Source: an uncultured Clostridia bacterium
Lineage (GTDB): Bacteria; Bacillota; Clostridia; TANB77; CAG-508
Assembly: GCA_947628825.1 (NCBI GenBank)
Contig: CANRBH010000001.1
Coordinates: 28,853-92,852, forward strand
Direction: 5' to 3'
DNA: 64,000 nt
Shown: positions 42,021 through 52,052 of the stretch, piece by piece
Position numbering within the stretch: the stretch's first letter is position 1
Layout: each line of letters begins with the position of its first letter
Translations under genes and position numbers: made by a program
Notes under the pieces: model-generated
The model's database searches: none
Told to the model about the DNA's origin: nothing
Seen by the model: the letters and a program-made list of their open reading frames with translations, nothing else

Positions 42021-42105
42021 TTGACATTTGGGAGCTTTAATTATATACTTTGAATTATAGAAAAAAGAGTTATTTAGATAAAAGTAGGAAAGGAATGAAC
42101 CTGGT

Positions 42106-42984
42106 ATGAAAAGAATAATTATAACAATAGTTATTTTAACTTTTATGACTTTTTTTGCAGGAACTGTATTTGCAGTAACTGGTACAGTAAATACACAAAA
42201 TTTAAATCTTAGAGATAAACCAAGCACATCAGACTCCAATGTCATAACACAATTAAATAATGGAGCTACTGTAAATATTTTAGAAGAGTTAGATGGTTGG
42301 TACAAAGTTTCTTATGGTAATAATGAGGGATATGTAAGCAAACAATACTTAACAGTAAATTCAGATTCTAATACAGGAGCCGTAGAAACGAATCCAAGTG
42401 ATAATCAAGAAAATGTAAATGAAGATGGACAAGGAAAAGTATTATCAGATGCAATAGTTTATTCACTTCCACTTGTAAATGCAACAAAAGTATCAAATCT
42501 ATCTGCTAATAACAAAGTTAATGTTATTTCAGAAGTTGGTAAGTGGAAATATATTTTAACAGATGAAGTATCTGGATGGGTATTAGGAAATAAGATAGAA
42601 GGAACTGTTAAGAAAAATCAGAAAAGTGATGGAACAGAAAATAATTCTTCAGGAGAAAATAATCAAGCAAATAATGAGATTGAACAAAATAATGAAGTAG
42701 TAGAAAATAATCAAGAAAACAATAATAGTACAGAAAATAACATAGTTGAAAACACTACTTTAGAAGGAAATGATCAAACAAGTGAATATCCAAAGACAAT
42801 GTATGTAAATGTTGATGCTCTAAATGTTAGAGAACAAGCATCAACAAGCTCAGATATTATAGCAAGTGTAGAAGAAAATGATGAAATTAGAGTAACAGGC
42901 AAATCAGGAGACTGGTACAGTATAGAACTAAATGGAACAAAAGGATTTGTAAAGAAAGATTATCTTTCTAACAGCAAGATGTAA
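42106..42984 (+). CDS. secreted protein with three bacterial SH3 (SH3b) repeats.
   Basis: Signal peptide; repeated GxVNxxxLNxRxxPSTSxxxIxxLxxGxxVxILEExDGWYKV...GYV modules separated by N/E/Q-rich linkers. Confidence 0.65.
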   Translation: MKRIIITIVILTFMTFFAGTVFAVTGTVNTQNLNLRDKPSTSDSNVITQLNNGATVNILEELDGWYKVSYGNNEGYVSKQYLTVNSDSNTGAVETNPSDNQENVNEDGQGKVLSDAIVYSLPLVNATKVSNLSANNKVNVISEVGKWKYILTDEVSGWVLGNKIEGTVKKNQKSDGTENNSSGENNQANNEIEQNNEVVENNQENNNSTENNIVENTTLEGNDQTSEYPKTMYVNVDALNVREQASTSSDIIASVEENDEIRVTGKSGDWYSIELNGTKGFVKKDYLSNSKM

Positions 42985-43017
42985 AATAGATAATAGAAAA
43001 TATAATAATGAAAAAGA

Positions 43018-43064
43018 ATAAAATATAAAATATAAAATATAAAATATAAAATATAAAATAAAAA
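43018..43064. repeat. heptanucleotide tandem repeat (ATAAAAT) x ~6.5.
   Basis: ataaaatataaaatataaaat... between the SH3b gene and comEC. Confidence 0.7.
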
Positions 43065-43104
43065 CTTAAAAGACAATTAAATTAACGGGGCACAGAAGGA
43101 AATT

Positions 43105-45186
43105 ATGAAATATAGAATTTTATGTGCTCTAGCTATGGCTTTAATAATAATTATAGTAGGGCTACATCAAAATGGTGTAGCTCTTTTTGAATATAATGGT
43201 GAAAAAGAAGGAAATTTTACAATACAAATTTGCAGTGATGCCCAAGGAAAAGAGTATTATGATGTATATAATGGAATAATTGAAAATAAAAAGTTTTTAA
43301 TATATGTTCCAAAAGAAAATCAAAAATTAGATTATGGAGATATAATAAAAGCAAAAGCAAATTACCAAGAACCAGATAAAGCAACTAATACAGGATGTTT
43401 TGACTATTCACTATATTTAAAAACCAAAAAGATATATGGTATATTTAAGGTTGAAAAAATAGAAGAAATAAGTAAATCAAACAATAAATCAATCATTTAT
43501 AATATTCAAAAGTATATTAAAGAGACTTTTAGAAATAATCTAAAAAAAGAGAATGCAGAATTAGCAATAGGACTGATTTTAGGAGATAGAAGTAATATAT
43601 CTGATGAGATACAAGAAGCTTTTAAAAATGCAAATTTAACACATATGCTTGCAATATCAGGAGCTCATTTTTCTTATATAATAATGATAGTAACATGGAT
43701 TTGCAAGAAATTAAAAAATAAGAGATTAGAACAAGTACTACTAATATTATCAATAATTGGATTTATGAACTTAACTGGAAACACTCCTTCAGTTGTAAGA
43801 GCTGGTATAATGAGTATAATGTTAATTCTAGCAAGTATATTAAAAAGAAAAAATGATTTTTACACAACTTTAAGTCTTTCACTAATTATACAGATAATAA
43901 ATAATCCTTATGTAATATTTGACCTAGGACTCATATTATCATATAGTGGTGTCATTGGGATAGTTACATTTTATGAATTTTTTAGACAAAGAATCAAACT
44001 AAAAATTGTTAGTGTAACCTTATCTGCAAATGTACTAATAATACCAATTATGATTTACAATTTTAATACCATATCTTTTACATTTATCATATCTAATGTA
44101 TTAGCATCAGGATTATTAGGATTAATAATTATAATAGAATTTATTTCAATTATTTTTAGATGTAAGCCAATTTTTGTCTTATTAGATATATGTTTATCAA
44201 TTCTTACTAAAATAGCTTCATTTTGTTCTAAACTTCCATTTTCTAAAATATATGTATCAAATTATGCTATATTTGTAGTAATAGCGATTTATATCATAAT
44301 ATATTTAATTGTAAAAATGAAGAAAAAATCCATACCAATAATTATCATCTTTGTATTATTATTTAATTTTACTGTAGTAATTTTTAGATACTCAAAATTT
44401 GAAAAAGATGAGTTACAGATTAATTTTATAGATGTAAATCAAGGGGACTGTACACTTTTAATAAATAAAGGGAAAACTATTATGATAGATACTGGAGGAC
44501 AGATAAATTCAAGTTATGATATTGGAAAAAATATATTACATAGATATTTGCTCTATAAAGGAATAACTAAGTTAGATTATCTAATGCTAAGCCATTTTGA
44601 TGCTGACCACTGCCAAGCAGGAATCTTTATTTTAGAAAATATGAAGGTAGAGAATCTAATTATATCAAAACAGCCTGAAACAAGTTTTTTATATGAGCAA
44701 ATAATGAAAATAGCAAAACAAAGGAAAATTAAAGTATTGTATGTGAAAAAAGGAGATAAGTTTAATATATCAAATCTAAAATTTGAAATAATACATCCAA
44801 AGAATGAATTTATAACAAACAATCCACTCAATAACAATGCTATAGTATCTAAAATTTCATACTATAACTTTAAAATGTTGTTTACAGGAGATATTGAAGA
44901 AATAGCAGAAAAAACTTTATTAAAAGAGGACTTACAAGCTGATTTACTAAAAGTAGGACATCATGGCTCTAAAACTTCAACAACTAAGGAATTTTTAGAT
45001 AAAGTAAATCCAAAGATAGCTTTAATTGGAGTAGGAGAAAACAATAAGTTTGGACATCCTAATGATGGAGTTATAAAAAGACTAGAAGATAAAAATATTA
45101 AGATATATAGAACCGATAAAAATGGGGAAATAAATGTCAATGTAAGTAAAAATGGGAGGATTAACATAAATTGTTATAATTATTAA
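43105..45186 (+). CDS. comEC: DNA internalization competence protein ComEC/Rec2 (membrane channel + MBL domain).
   Basis: Polytopic membrane N-terminus, competence domain, C-terminal metallo-beta-lactamase (LMLSHFDADHCQAGI...VGHHGSKTS). Confidence 0.85.
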   Translation: MKYRILCALAMALIIIIVGLHQNGVALFEYNGEKEGNFTIQICSDAQGKEYYDVYNGIIENKKFLIYVPKENQKLDYGDIIKAKANYQEPDKATNTGCFDYSLYLKTKKIYGIFKVEKIEEISKSNNKSIIYNIQKYIKETFRNNLKKENAELAIGLILGDRSNISDEIQEAFKNANLTHMLAISGAHFSYIIMIVTWICKKLKNKRLEQVLLILSIIGFMNLTGNTPSVVRAGIMSIMLILASILKRKNDFYTTLSLSLIIQIINNPYVIFDLGLILSYSGVIGIVTFYEFFRQRIKLKIVSVTLSANVLIIPIMIYNFNTISFTFIISNVLASGLLGLIIIIEFISIIFRCKPIFVLLDICLSILTKIASFCSKLPFSKIYVSNYAIFVVIAIYIIIYLIVKMKKKSIPIIIIFVLLFNFTVVIFRYSKFEKDELQINFIDVNQGDCTLLINKGKTIMIDTGGQINSSYDIGKNILHRYLLYKGITKLDYLMLSHFDADHCQAGIFILENMKVENLIISKQPETSFLYEQIMKIAKQRKIKVLYVKKGDKFNISNLKFEIIHPKNEFITNNPLNNNAIVSKISYYNFKMLFTGDIEEIAEKTLLKEDLQADLLKVGHHGSKTSTTKEFLDKVNPKIALIGVGENNKFGHPNDGVIKRLEDKNIKIYRTDKNGEINVNVSKNGRININCYNY

Positions 45187-45201
45187 ATATTATTTTATAA
45201 A

Positions 45202-45314
45202 CATAAATATAGTTATTTTCTCATGCCTTGTTGTCGCTTGGCAACCTAACGGTTGCAGCTCCAGCGCGCTTCGCTTGAACGCTACGCGGCTATTCAAAAA
45301 TAACTATATTTATG
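45202..45314. repeat. perfect 18-bp inverted repeat (cataaatatagttatttt / aaaataactatatttatg) enclosing a 77-nt GC-rich (~60% GC) segment.
   Basis: Seen directly; the only strongly GC-rich non-coding island in the window; no ORF and no tRNA features inside. Confidence 0.5.
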
Positions 45315-45481
45315 TAATGTAATAATAAAATAAATTTGTTGTATTGTAATTTAAAATTGCGTATGGTAAAATTAAAAAAGACATACGGAAAGTAATAGTT
45401 GCAATGAAAGAAATAAAATGTTAAGGTTTATGAGTAACCTTCTAAAAACTCAAATATATTATACAAGGAATAAAATTAATT

Positions 45482-46564
45482 ATGAAAAAAGGAATTTTAA
45501 TTGCAGTAATAGTAGTAGTTTTAGTAATAATATTAGGAGTAGCAGGATTATTTCTATTTTATAATTCATCATTAAAAGCCGTTAGTGAAAATAGTAATGA
45601 GGTAATAGTTGAAATAGCAAAAGGATCTACGGCAACAGATATTGCTAAAGTATTAGAAGAAAATAAATTAATTAAAAGTGGTTTAGTATTTAGAATATAT
45701 ACAAAGCTTAATAATGTATCTGGTATGCAAGCTGGAACTTATAAGCTAAATCAAAACATGGATGTTGAAAAAATAATAGAAAATTTACAAAAAGGAACTG
45801 ACTACTTTCCAGATGAAATTAATATTACTTTCTTAGAAGGTAAAAATATGAGATGGATAGCAAAGCAAATTGCTGAAAACACTAATAATACAGAAGATGA
45901 TGTATTTAATAAATTAGAAGATAAGGAATATATAAAATCTCTAATTGATAAGTATTGGTTTTTAACAGATGATATTTTAAATGAAAATATATACTATCCA
46001 TTAGAAGGATATTTATTCCCTGACACATACAATTTTTCAAATAAAGATGTAACTGTTGAGCAAATATTTACTGCAATGCTAGATCAGATGGATGACAAGC
46101 TAGAAGATTTAAAATCAGATATAGAAAAAGAAGGATATTCAGTTCATAAAGTTTTAACAGTAGCATCAATTGTTGAATTAGAAGCAGCACAAGTTGAAGA
46201 TAGAAGCGGAGTTGCAAGTGTTATATATAACAGATTAAAGAAAAATATGTCTTTAGGAAGTGATGTTACAACATATTATGCAATAAAAGTGGACATGTCT
46301 GAGAGAGATTTATATCAAAGTGAACTTGACAAGTATAATCCATATAATACAAGAGGACCAAGAATGGAGGGAAAACTTCCTGTTGGACCAATAGCAACTG
46401 TTAGTATAGAATCAATTAAAGCAGCTTTACATCCTGATGAAACTAATTATTTATACTTTGTATCAGACAAAAATGGAAAAAATTATTTTGCAACAACACA
46501 AGCAGAGCATGAAAAAAATGTTCAAAACTTAAAAAATAGTGGTTTATGGTATAATTATGATTAA
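45482..46564 (+). CDS. mltG: endolytic murein transglycosylase MltG (YceG family).
   Basis: N-terminal TM anchor, YceG-like domain (IAKGSTATDIAKVLEENKLIKSGLVFRIYTKLNN...GTYKL), C-terminal catalytic region. Confidence 0.8.
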   Translation: MKKGILIAVIVVVLVIILGVAGLFLFYNSSLKAVSENSNEVIVEIAKGSTATDIAKVLEENKLIKSGLVFRIYTKLNNVSGMQAGTYKLNQNMDVEKIIENLQKGTDYFPDEINITFLEGKNMRWIAKQIAENTNNTEDDVFNKLEDKEYIKSLIDKYWFLTDDILNENIYYPLEGYLFPDTYNFSNKDVTVEQIFTAMLDQMDDKLEDLKSDIEKEGYSVHKVLTVASIVELEAAQVEDRSGVASVIYNRLKKNMSLGSDVTTYYAIKVDMSERDLYQSELDKYNPYNTRGPRMEGKLPVGPIATVSIESIKAALHPDETNYLYFVSDKNGKNYFATTQAEHEKNVQNLKNSGLWYNYD

Positions 46565-46735
46565 AAAGATATAAAAAATAAATAAAATTTAGAAAAAATA
46601 ATATAAAAATTAAGAAAAAATTATTATAATCCAGTATTTAGTATAAATAGAATATTTTGGGAAATAATCCTACTAAGAGAAAATGATTTGAAAGGAGGAT
46701 ATGTTAGTTTGTATAACTAGCATAAACTATCAATT

Positions 46736-47314
46736 ATGAAAAAATCAATCTTAGTAGGATGTATTTTTGCAGCCATAATAGCGGGGATATCGATAGGAAT
46801 TATAGTTCACGTATATAATGATACTAATTTAGAAAAAGCAACTCTTGAAGAAGTAAGAAATGCTAATAACTTAGTTGAAAAAGAAGTAAATATTATACAA
46901 ACAGGAACAGCCGAAGTAAAAACTACTCCTAATACTAAAGTTGTATATGAAACTTTTTATATAGACTGCAATCACTTAGAAAATGTTACTGAAGAAATTA
47001 AAAGCGAAGATGTAAATCAAAATGAAAGTTACTTTATTAATAAATACATGGACTGGGATGTAAATAATTTTTCAGAAGATACAGTAGAACTGTATAAAGA
47101 AATAGACGGGATATGTGATAAGCATTATGTAGTACGAGAAAAAGATGGATATATAGCAGTATATAATTTAGATTCAGATAATAATGAAAATCTTAAAGAA
47201 GTAACAGAAATATATGTTCAATATTTGCCGGAAGATGATGTTGAATTGTTGAAAAATGGTATAAAAGTAATAGGAGATAATGAATTGGCAAGAGTTCTTG
47301 CCGACTTTGAATAA
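46736..47314 (+). CDS. hypothetical membrane-anchored protein.
   Basis: N-terminal TM helix; no family recognised. Confidence 0.4.
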   Translation: MKKSILVGCIFAAIIAGISIGIIVHVYNDTNLEKATLEEVRNANNLVEKEVNIIQTGTAEVKTTPNTKVVYETFYIDCNHLENVTEEIKSEDVNQNESYFINKYMDWDVNNFSEDTVELYKEIDGICDKHYVVREKDGYIAVYNLDSDNNENLKEVTEIYVQYLPEDDVELLKNGIKVIGDNELARVLADFE

Positions 47315-47403
47315 TTAGCAGATAATACTAAAAAAAATAGAGAAAATATGAGTACATTTTCTCTATCTTTTTTTGAAACTTTTATCTTTATACGGATGAT
47401 ATA

Positions 47404-47982
47404 TTATTTGCCATTGTTAGAAGAATTCTTTTTTAAATCTTCTTTCTTAGGAAGGTATCCTCTTTTATAAAAATGTTCAATATAACCGAAAAGAGCAAGG
47501 ATGGCTAAACAAACGGCTAAACCATATATATAAACATCAAAATGAACAGAAATGTTATATATATTTATAATCATAGTACTTACAACAGCTAAATATAGTA
47601 AAACTGTTGATAATTTACCATACCATTTGCTAGATACAACTAACTGTTTTCCATATAAAAATGATGCACCTGAGATAAGCACTAATTCTTTTGCAAATAA
47701 AACTAATACAATCCATATTGGAATAACTCTTTTTATATATAAAGTTATTAAAGTTGAAATTTGAGTAAGTTTATCTGCTAAAGGATCCATTAACTTACCA
47801 AAGTCTGTAATAGCATTATATTTTCTGGCAATATAGCCATCTAAAACATCTGATAAAGATGATATGGTAAAAAGTACTAAAGCAGAAAGATAGTTATTTA
47901 ATGATATTGATATAATTATAAATGGTATAAAAATGAATCTAATAATTGTTAGTACATTTGGTATAACTTTTATATATTTCAT
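47404..47982 (-). CDS. pgsA: CDP-diacylglycerol--glycerol-3-phosphate 3-phosphatidyltransferase.
   Basis: CDP-alcohol phosphatidyltransferase motif DVLDGYIARKYNAITDFGKLMDPLADKL. Confidence 0.8.
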   Translation of the reverse strand: MKYIKVIPNVLTIIRFIFIPFIIISISLNNYLSALVLFTISSLSDVLDGYIARKYNAITDFGKLMDPLADKLTQISTLITLYIKRVIPIWIVLVLFAKELVLISGASFLYGKQLVVSSKWYGKLSTVLLYLAVVSTMIINIYNISVHFDVYIYGLAVCLAILALFGYIEHFYKRGYLPKKEDLKKNSSNNGK

Positions 47983-48068
47983 AAATTTTTTCCTCCATTA
48001 CTGTAGTACAATTTAATTAAAAGTAAGTGCTAATAGCTTGTTTTTATTTAAAAGTAAATATTTATATT

Positions 48069-50399
48069 TTACTTTACTTCAAAAGTAAGTTTGTTGTCTT
48101 TGCAATCAATATAAACTTTTTGACCATTCTTAAGTTCTGACCTTAATATCATTTCAGAAAGTTCATCTTCCACATATCTTTGTACAGCTCTTCTCAAAGG
48201 TCTTGCACCATATTTTATATCTGTACCTTTTTCTAGTAAATATGCTTTTGCTTCTTTTGAAACATACATCTTTATATTTTTATCATTTAACACATTTTGA
48301 GTATCTTTAAGCATTAAATCTACTATTTTTGTAAGTTCTTCATTATTAAGTGAATCAAATACCACTATTTCATCAACTCTATTTAAAAATTCTGGTCTAA
48401 ATGTTTCTTTTAAACTTTCTTGAATTTTATTTTTTCTAAATTCGGATGTTGAACCAAATCCAATAGAATTTAGATTTTGGGTAGAACCGACATTTGATGT
48501 CATAATTATTATAGTATTTTCAAAACTTACTGTATTTCCTTGACTATCTGTTAATCTACCATCATCAAGAACTTGCAATAGTATATTAAATACATCACTA
48601 TGAGCTTTCTCAATCTCATCCAAAAGAACGATTGAATAAGGATGTCTTTTAACTTTTTCAGTAAGCTGACCGCTATCATCATATCCAATATATCCTGGAG
48701 GAGCTCCAATTAACTTAGCTGTTGAGTTACTTTCCATATACTCAGACATATCTACTCTAATAATTGAATCTTCATTACCAAAAACTTCGACACATAGAGC
48801 TTTAGCAAGTTCTGTTTTACCAACACCAGTTGGACCAACAAATATAAATGAAGGTGGTCTTTTTGTACTCTTTAGTCCTGCACGATTTCTTCTAATAGCA
48901 CGACTTACTGAAGCAACAGCTTCATTTTGTCCAATAACTCTTTTATGAAGATTATCTTCTAATGAAAGAAGCTTTTTAGTTTCTTCCTCAGTGATTTTTT
49001 GTACAGGAATTTTTGTCCAGTTTTCAATTACTTTTGCAATATCTTCAACTGTTAATTCAACAGGCTTCATTTTTGATTCTATGGCATTTATTTCTTGAAT
49101 AATAGAACATTCTTGCATTTTAAGCTCAGCTGCTTTTTTATAATCATCTGTAGAATCAGCTTGTGCAGCTTCTTCCTTTTTAGCTTGGATATCTGCTAAT
49201 TTATTTTTCAATATTTCTAGATTATATAAGTCTTTGTTATCTAAATTTATTCTAGAACAAGCTTCATCAAGCACATCAATAGCTTTATCAGGTAAAAATC
49301 TATCATGAATATATTTTTCAGATAAAGTAACAACTTTATCAATCACATCATTAGAGATTTTTACTTTATGATAATTTTCATAGTATCCTTTAATTCCTTT
49401 TAGAATTTCAATACTATCAGAAATGCTTGGTTCTTCAACCATTACAGGTTGAAATCTTCTTTCTAAAGCTGTATCTTTTTCAATATATTTTCTATACTCA
49501 TTTAAAGTAGTAGTACCAATTAACTGAATAGTACCATCAGCTAAAGAAGGTTTAAGTATATTAGCAGCATTCATAGAATGATCTGCATCACCTGCACCAA
49601 TAATATTATGTATTTCATCAATCACCAAAATAATATTTCCAGCTAATTTGCATTCTTCAATAATATTTTTCATTCTAGCTTCAAATTGACCTCTAAATTG
49701 AGTACCCGCAACAACAGCAGTCATATCCAATAAATAGACTTCTTTATTAAGAAGTTTAGCTGGAACATCACTATTTGCTATTCTCAAAGCTAGGCCTTGA
49801 GCAATAGCAGTTTTACCTACACCTGGTTCACCAATTAAACAAGGATTATTTTTTGTACGTCTATTTAAAATCTGAATAATTCTAGAAATTTCTTTATCTC
49901 TACCAATAACACTATCAATTTCGCCATTTCTAGCCTTATCAGTTAAATTTGTACCAAAAGTATTTAATGTTTTTCTCTTTTTATTATTGTTTACTTTAGT
50001 CTCTGTTTTAACATTTTTTCTTTCTGAGCTAGAAGAATTGTTATCCTCTTTTTTGCCACCAAACATACCAGAAAAAATATTACCTAGAGGAATAGCAAAT
50101 CCCATAGGACCATTTTCTGATTCTCCATCTAATTCTTCACCATCAACTTCTTCAAGGTTAATACCTTGTAAAGAAAGATTTGATGATAAATCTTTAAACA
50201 TTTCATTTAACTGATTTGTCATATTATTTATATCTTCATTAGAAAGATTGCTATTATTGTTTTGAATTGTATTTAAAGGGTTTATTCCTCTTTTTTTAGC
50301 ACAATCATAGCAATATCCCAAAGTTTCCATTTCACCTTTGCTGTTAGGTTTATGCATAAATATAACAGCAGTATTTTTTTTACAATCTGAACACAACAT
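48069..50399 (-). CDS. clpE: ClpE-like AAA+ Clp ATPase (N-terminal zinc ribbon + two AAA modules + UVR-like linker).
   Basis: MLCSDCKKNTAVIF...CYDCAKK zinc finger; GEPGVGKT and GPTGVGKT Walker A motifs; no Clp_N repeats. Confidence 0.8.
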   Translation of the reverse strand: MLCSDCKKNTAVIFMHKPNSKGEMETLGYCYDCAKKRGINPLNTIQNNNSNLSNEDINNMTNQLNEMFKDLSSNLSLQGINLEEVDGEELDGESENGPMGFAIPLGNIFSGMFGGKKEDNNSSSSERKNVKTETKVNNNKKRKTLNTFGTNLTDKARNGEIDSVIGRDKEISRIIQILNRRTKNNPCLIGEPGVGKTAIAQGLALRIANSDVPAKLLNKEVYLLDMTAVVAGTQFRGQFEARMKNIIEECKLAGNIILVIDEIHNIIGAGDADHSMNAANILKPSLADGTIQLIGTTTLNEYRKYIEKDTALERRFQPVMVEEPSISDSIEILKGIKGYYENYHKVKISNDVIDKVVTLSEKYIHDRFLPDKAIDVLDEACSRINLDNKDLYNLEILKNKLADIQAKKEEAAQADSTDDYKKAAELKMQECSIIQEINAIESKMKPVELTVEDIAKVIENWTKIPVQKITEEETKKLLSLEDNLHKRVIGQNEAVASVSRAIRRNRAGLKSTKRPPSFIFVGPTGVGKTELAKALCVEVFGNEDSIIRVDMSEYMESNSTAKLIGAPPGYIGYDDSGQLTEKVKRHPYSIVLLDEIEKAHSDVFNILLQVLDDGRLTDSQGNTVSFENTIIIMTSNVGSTQNLNSIGFGSTSEFRKNKIQESLKETFRPEFLNRVDEIVVFDSLNNEELTKIVDLMLKDTQNVLNDKNIKMYVSKEAKAYLLEKGTDIKYGARPLRRAVQRYVEDELSEMILRSELKNGQKVYIDCKDNKLTFEVK

Positions 50400-50539
50400 A
50401 TTTTTGACTCCAATCTACCTTATATTGTATCTTAAAAATGCGATTTAGTCAATAAAATTAGTATATTTTTATGTGTCAATACTTGCCACATAAACCTTTT
50501 AATGCTATAATAAAAATAATATTATTATAGGAGAACAAT

Positions 50540-51364
50540 ATGGATAAAAAGGTAAGAAATGTTTTATATGTAATTATAATAATTGTATGTATAATTTCAA
50601 TAATTATAGGAGTGTATGCACAATTTTTCAAAAAAGAAAAAGATGATGATTTAGGTTCTAATCCTTTTGGAGGAAATTCTACAACTAACACAATTACATA
50701 TGAAGAAGTAAAACAAGGATTTAGAGACTTGTTTACAAATGAGTTTAATTCTGAATATGATGACTCAAATATTGAAAAAGAGGACGAAACGAAGCCATTA
50801 GTATATGCGGCTATACAGATAGAAGAAGAAAAAGATGGTAAATATGATGTTAATGCAACAGTTCCACGAATAAATATTAAAGGGGTTAACTATAACCATA
50901 CTACAGAAGAATTATTTGTAGACAAATTAAATGATATAGCAAATACAGATAAATATACAATTTGTGATGTAAGCTATACAGCATACATAAATAATGATAT
51001 TCTGTCAGTAGCTATTATGGCTTCTATAAAAGAAGGAGATAGTGCACAAAGAATTATTATTAAATCATATAACTATAATTTAAAGACTAAAAAAGATGTT
51101 TCAATAAGTGATATAATAGAAGAAAGAGGACTTGATTCAAAAGCAGTTGAAAATAGAATAAAAACTATTGTAAATAAAGCAGCAAATGATGCAGAATCAA
51201 TGCAAAACACTGGATATAACGTATATACTAGAGATACAGAAAGCACAATATACCAGATTTCTGGGATAGATAATTTTATACAAGGACCAGAAGGAGAGCT
51301 ATATATAATTTATGCTTATGGAAATAATGCATTTACATCCGAAATGGATATAATTAAAATATAA
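50540..51364 (+). CDS. hypothetical membrane-anchored extracytoplasmic protein.
   Basis: N-terminal TM; a vague resemblance to DUF3298/DUF4163 (RsiV C-terminal-like) is uncertain. Confidence 0.4.
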   Translation: MDKKVRNVLYVIIIIVCIISIIIGVYAQFFKKEKDDDLGSNPFGGNSTTNTITYEEVKQGFRDLFTNEFNSEYDDSNIEKEDETKPLVYAAIQIEEEKDGKYDVNATVPRINIKGVNYNHTTEELFVDKLNDIANTDKYTICDVSYTAYINNDILSVAIMASIKEGDSAQRIIIKSYNYNLKTKKDVSISDIIEERGLDSKAVENRIKTIVNKAANDAESMQNTGYNVYTRDTESTIYQISGIDNFIQGPEGELYIIYAYGNNAFTSEMDIIKI

Positions 51365-51418
51365 TAACAAATGGTGTAGATATTTAAAATATCATACACC
51401 ATTTTTTTGTGGTAAATA

Positions 51419-51844
51419 TTATTTTTCCAATAACTTCATAAGCGATGTAAATGCATCGCACAAAACCTTGTTCCAGAAAAAGAAGATAATTCCATAATAT
51501 TGTCTATGAGTACTTTTCCATTCTCTTTCAATGTGACCACCAAAAAGCCAAGCAAAAAATACTACAATTTTTATGAGATATTTTTTGTTATCTTTAAAAT
51601 GAAGAAGAAGTACGGGTTTTAAAATGTAATCGCTTGGTAATTCACATTCTTTGTAATCATTGAGATTTTCTTCAGAATCAAATGAAAGAACATACTCAGA
51701 AGTTCCATCGTATCCAGAGAAAAAGTTCATTTCTTCACAACGACCTTGATATTCTTGGGCCTTTTCAATAATCTTAAAATATCCTTCATGTGATATTGTT
51801 ATTGAAGCTTTTATCCGAATGCTTGGAATAACTTTTATTTTCAA
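51419..51844 (-). CDS. hypothetical protein (TTG start).
   Basis: ORF with one hydrophobic segment; unknown function. Confidence 0.35.
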   Translation of the reverse strand: MKIKVIPSIRIKASITISHEGYFKIIEKAQEYQGRCEEMNFFSGYDGTSEYVLSFDSEENLNDYKECELPSDYILKPVLLLHFKDNKKYLIKIVVFFAWLFGGHIEREWKSTHRQYYGIIFFFWNKVLCDAFTSLMKLLEK

Positions 51845-52052
51845 TTTTGAAGTCTCCCTTCTGTTTAGGTTTTTATAAAAAGCGATATATATATTATAAC
51901 AGATTTACATAAAAAATGCAATGCTTATGTAGATTTAAATAACACAATTATCATTAGAATAATGGCATTTATGAGCAAAAAGGTATAAAAACTTGACTTT
52001 TTTGCATAATATATGTTATAATTAAATTTGCACCGTGTGAAAAGGAGTGTGA

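Noticed and set aside
50400-50539. CtsR operator (GGTCAAA heptad direct repeat) upstream of the clpE-like gene.
   Set aside because: Only isolated TTGAC(A/T) hexamers are present, consistent with -35 elements (TTGACT-17-TACAAT on the minus strand). No tandem heptad repeat was found.
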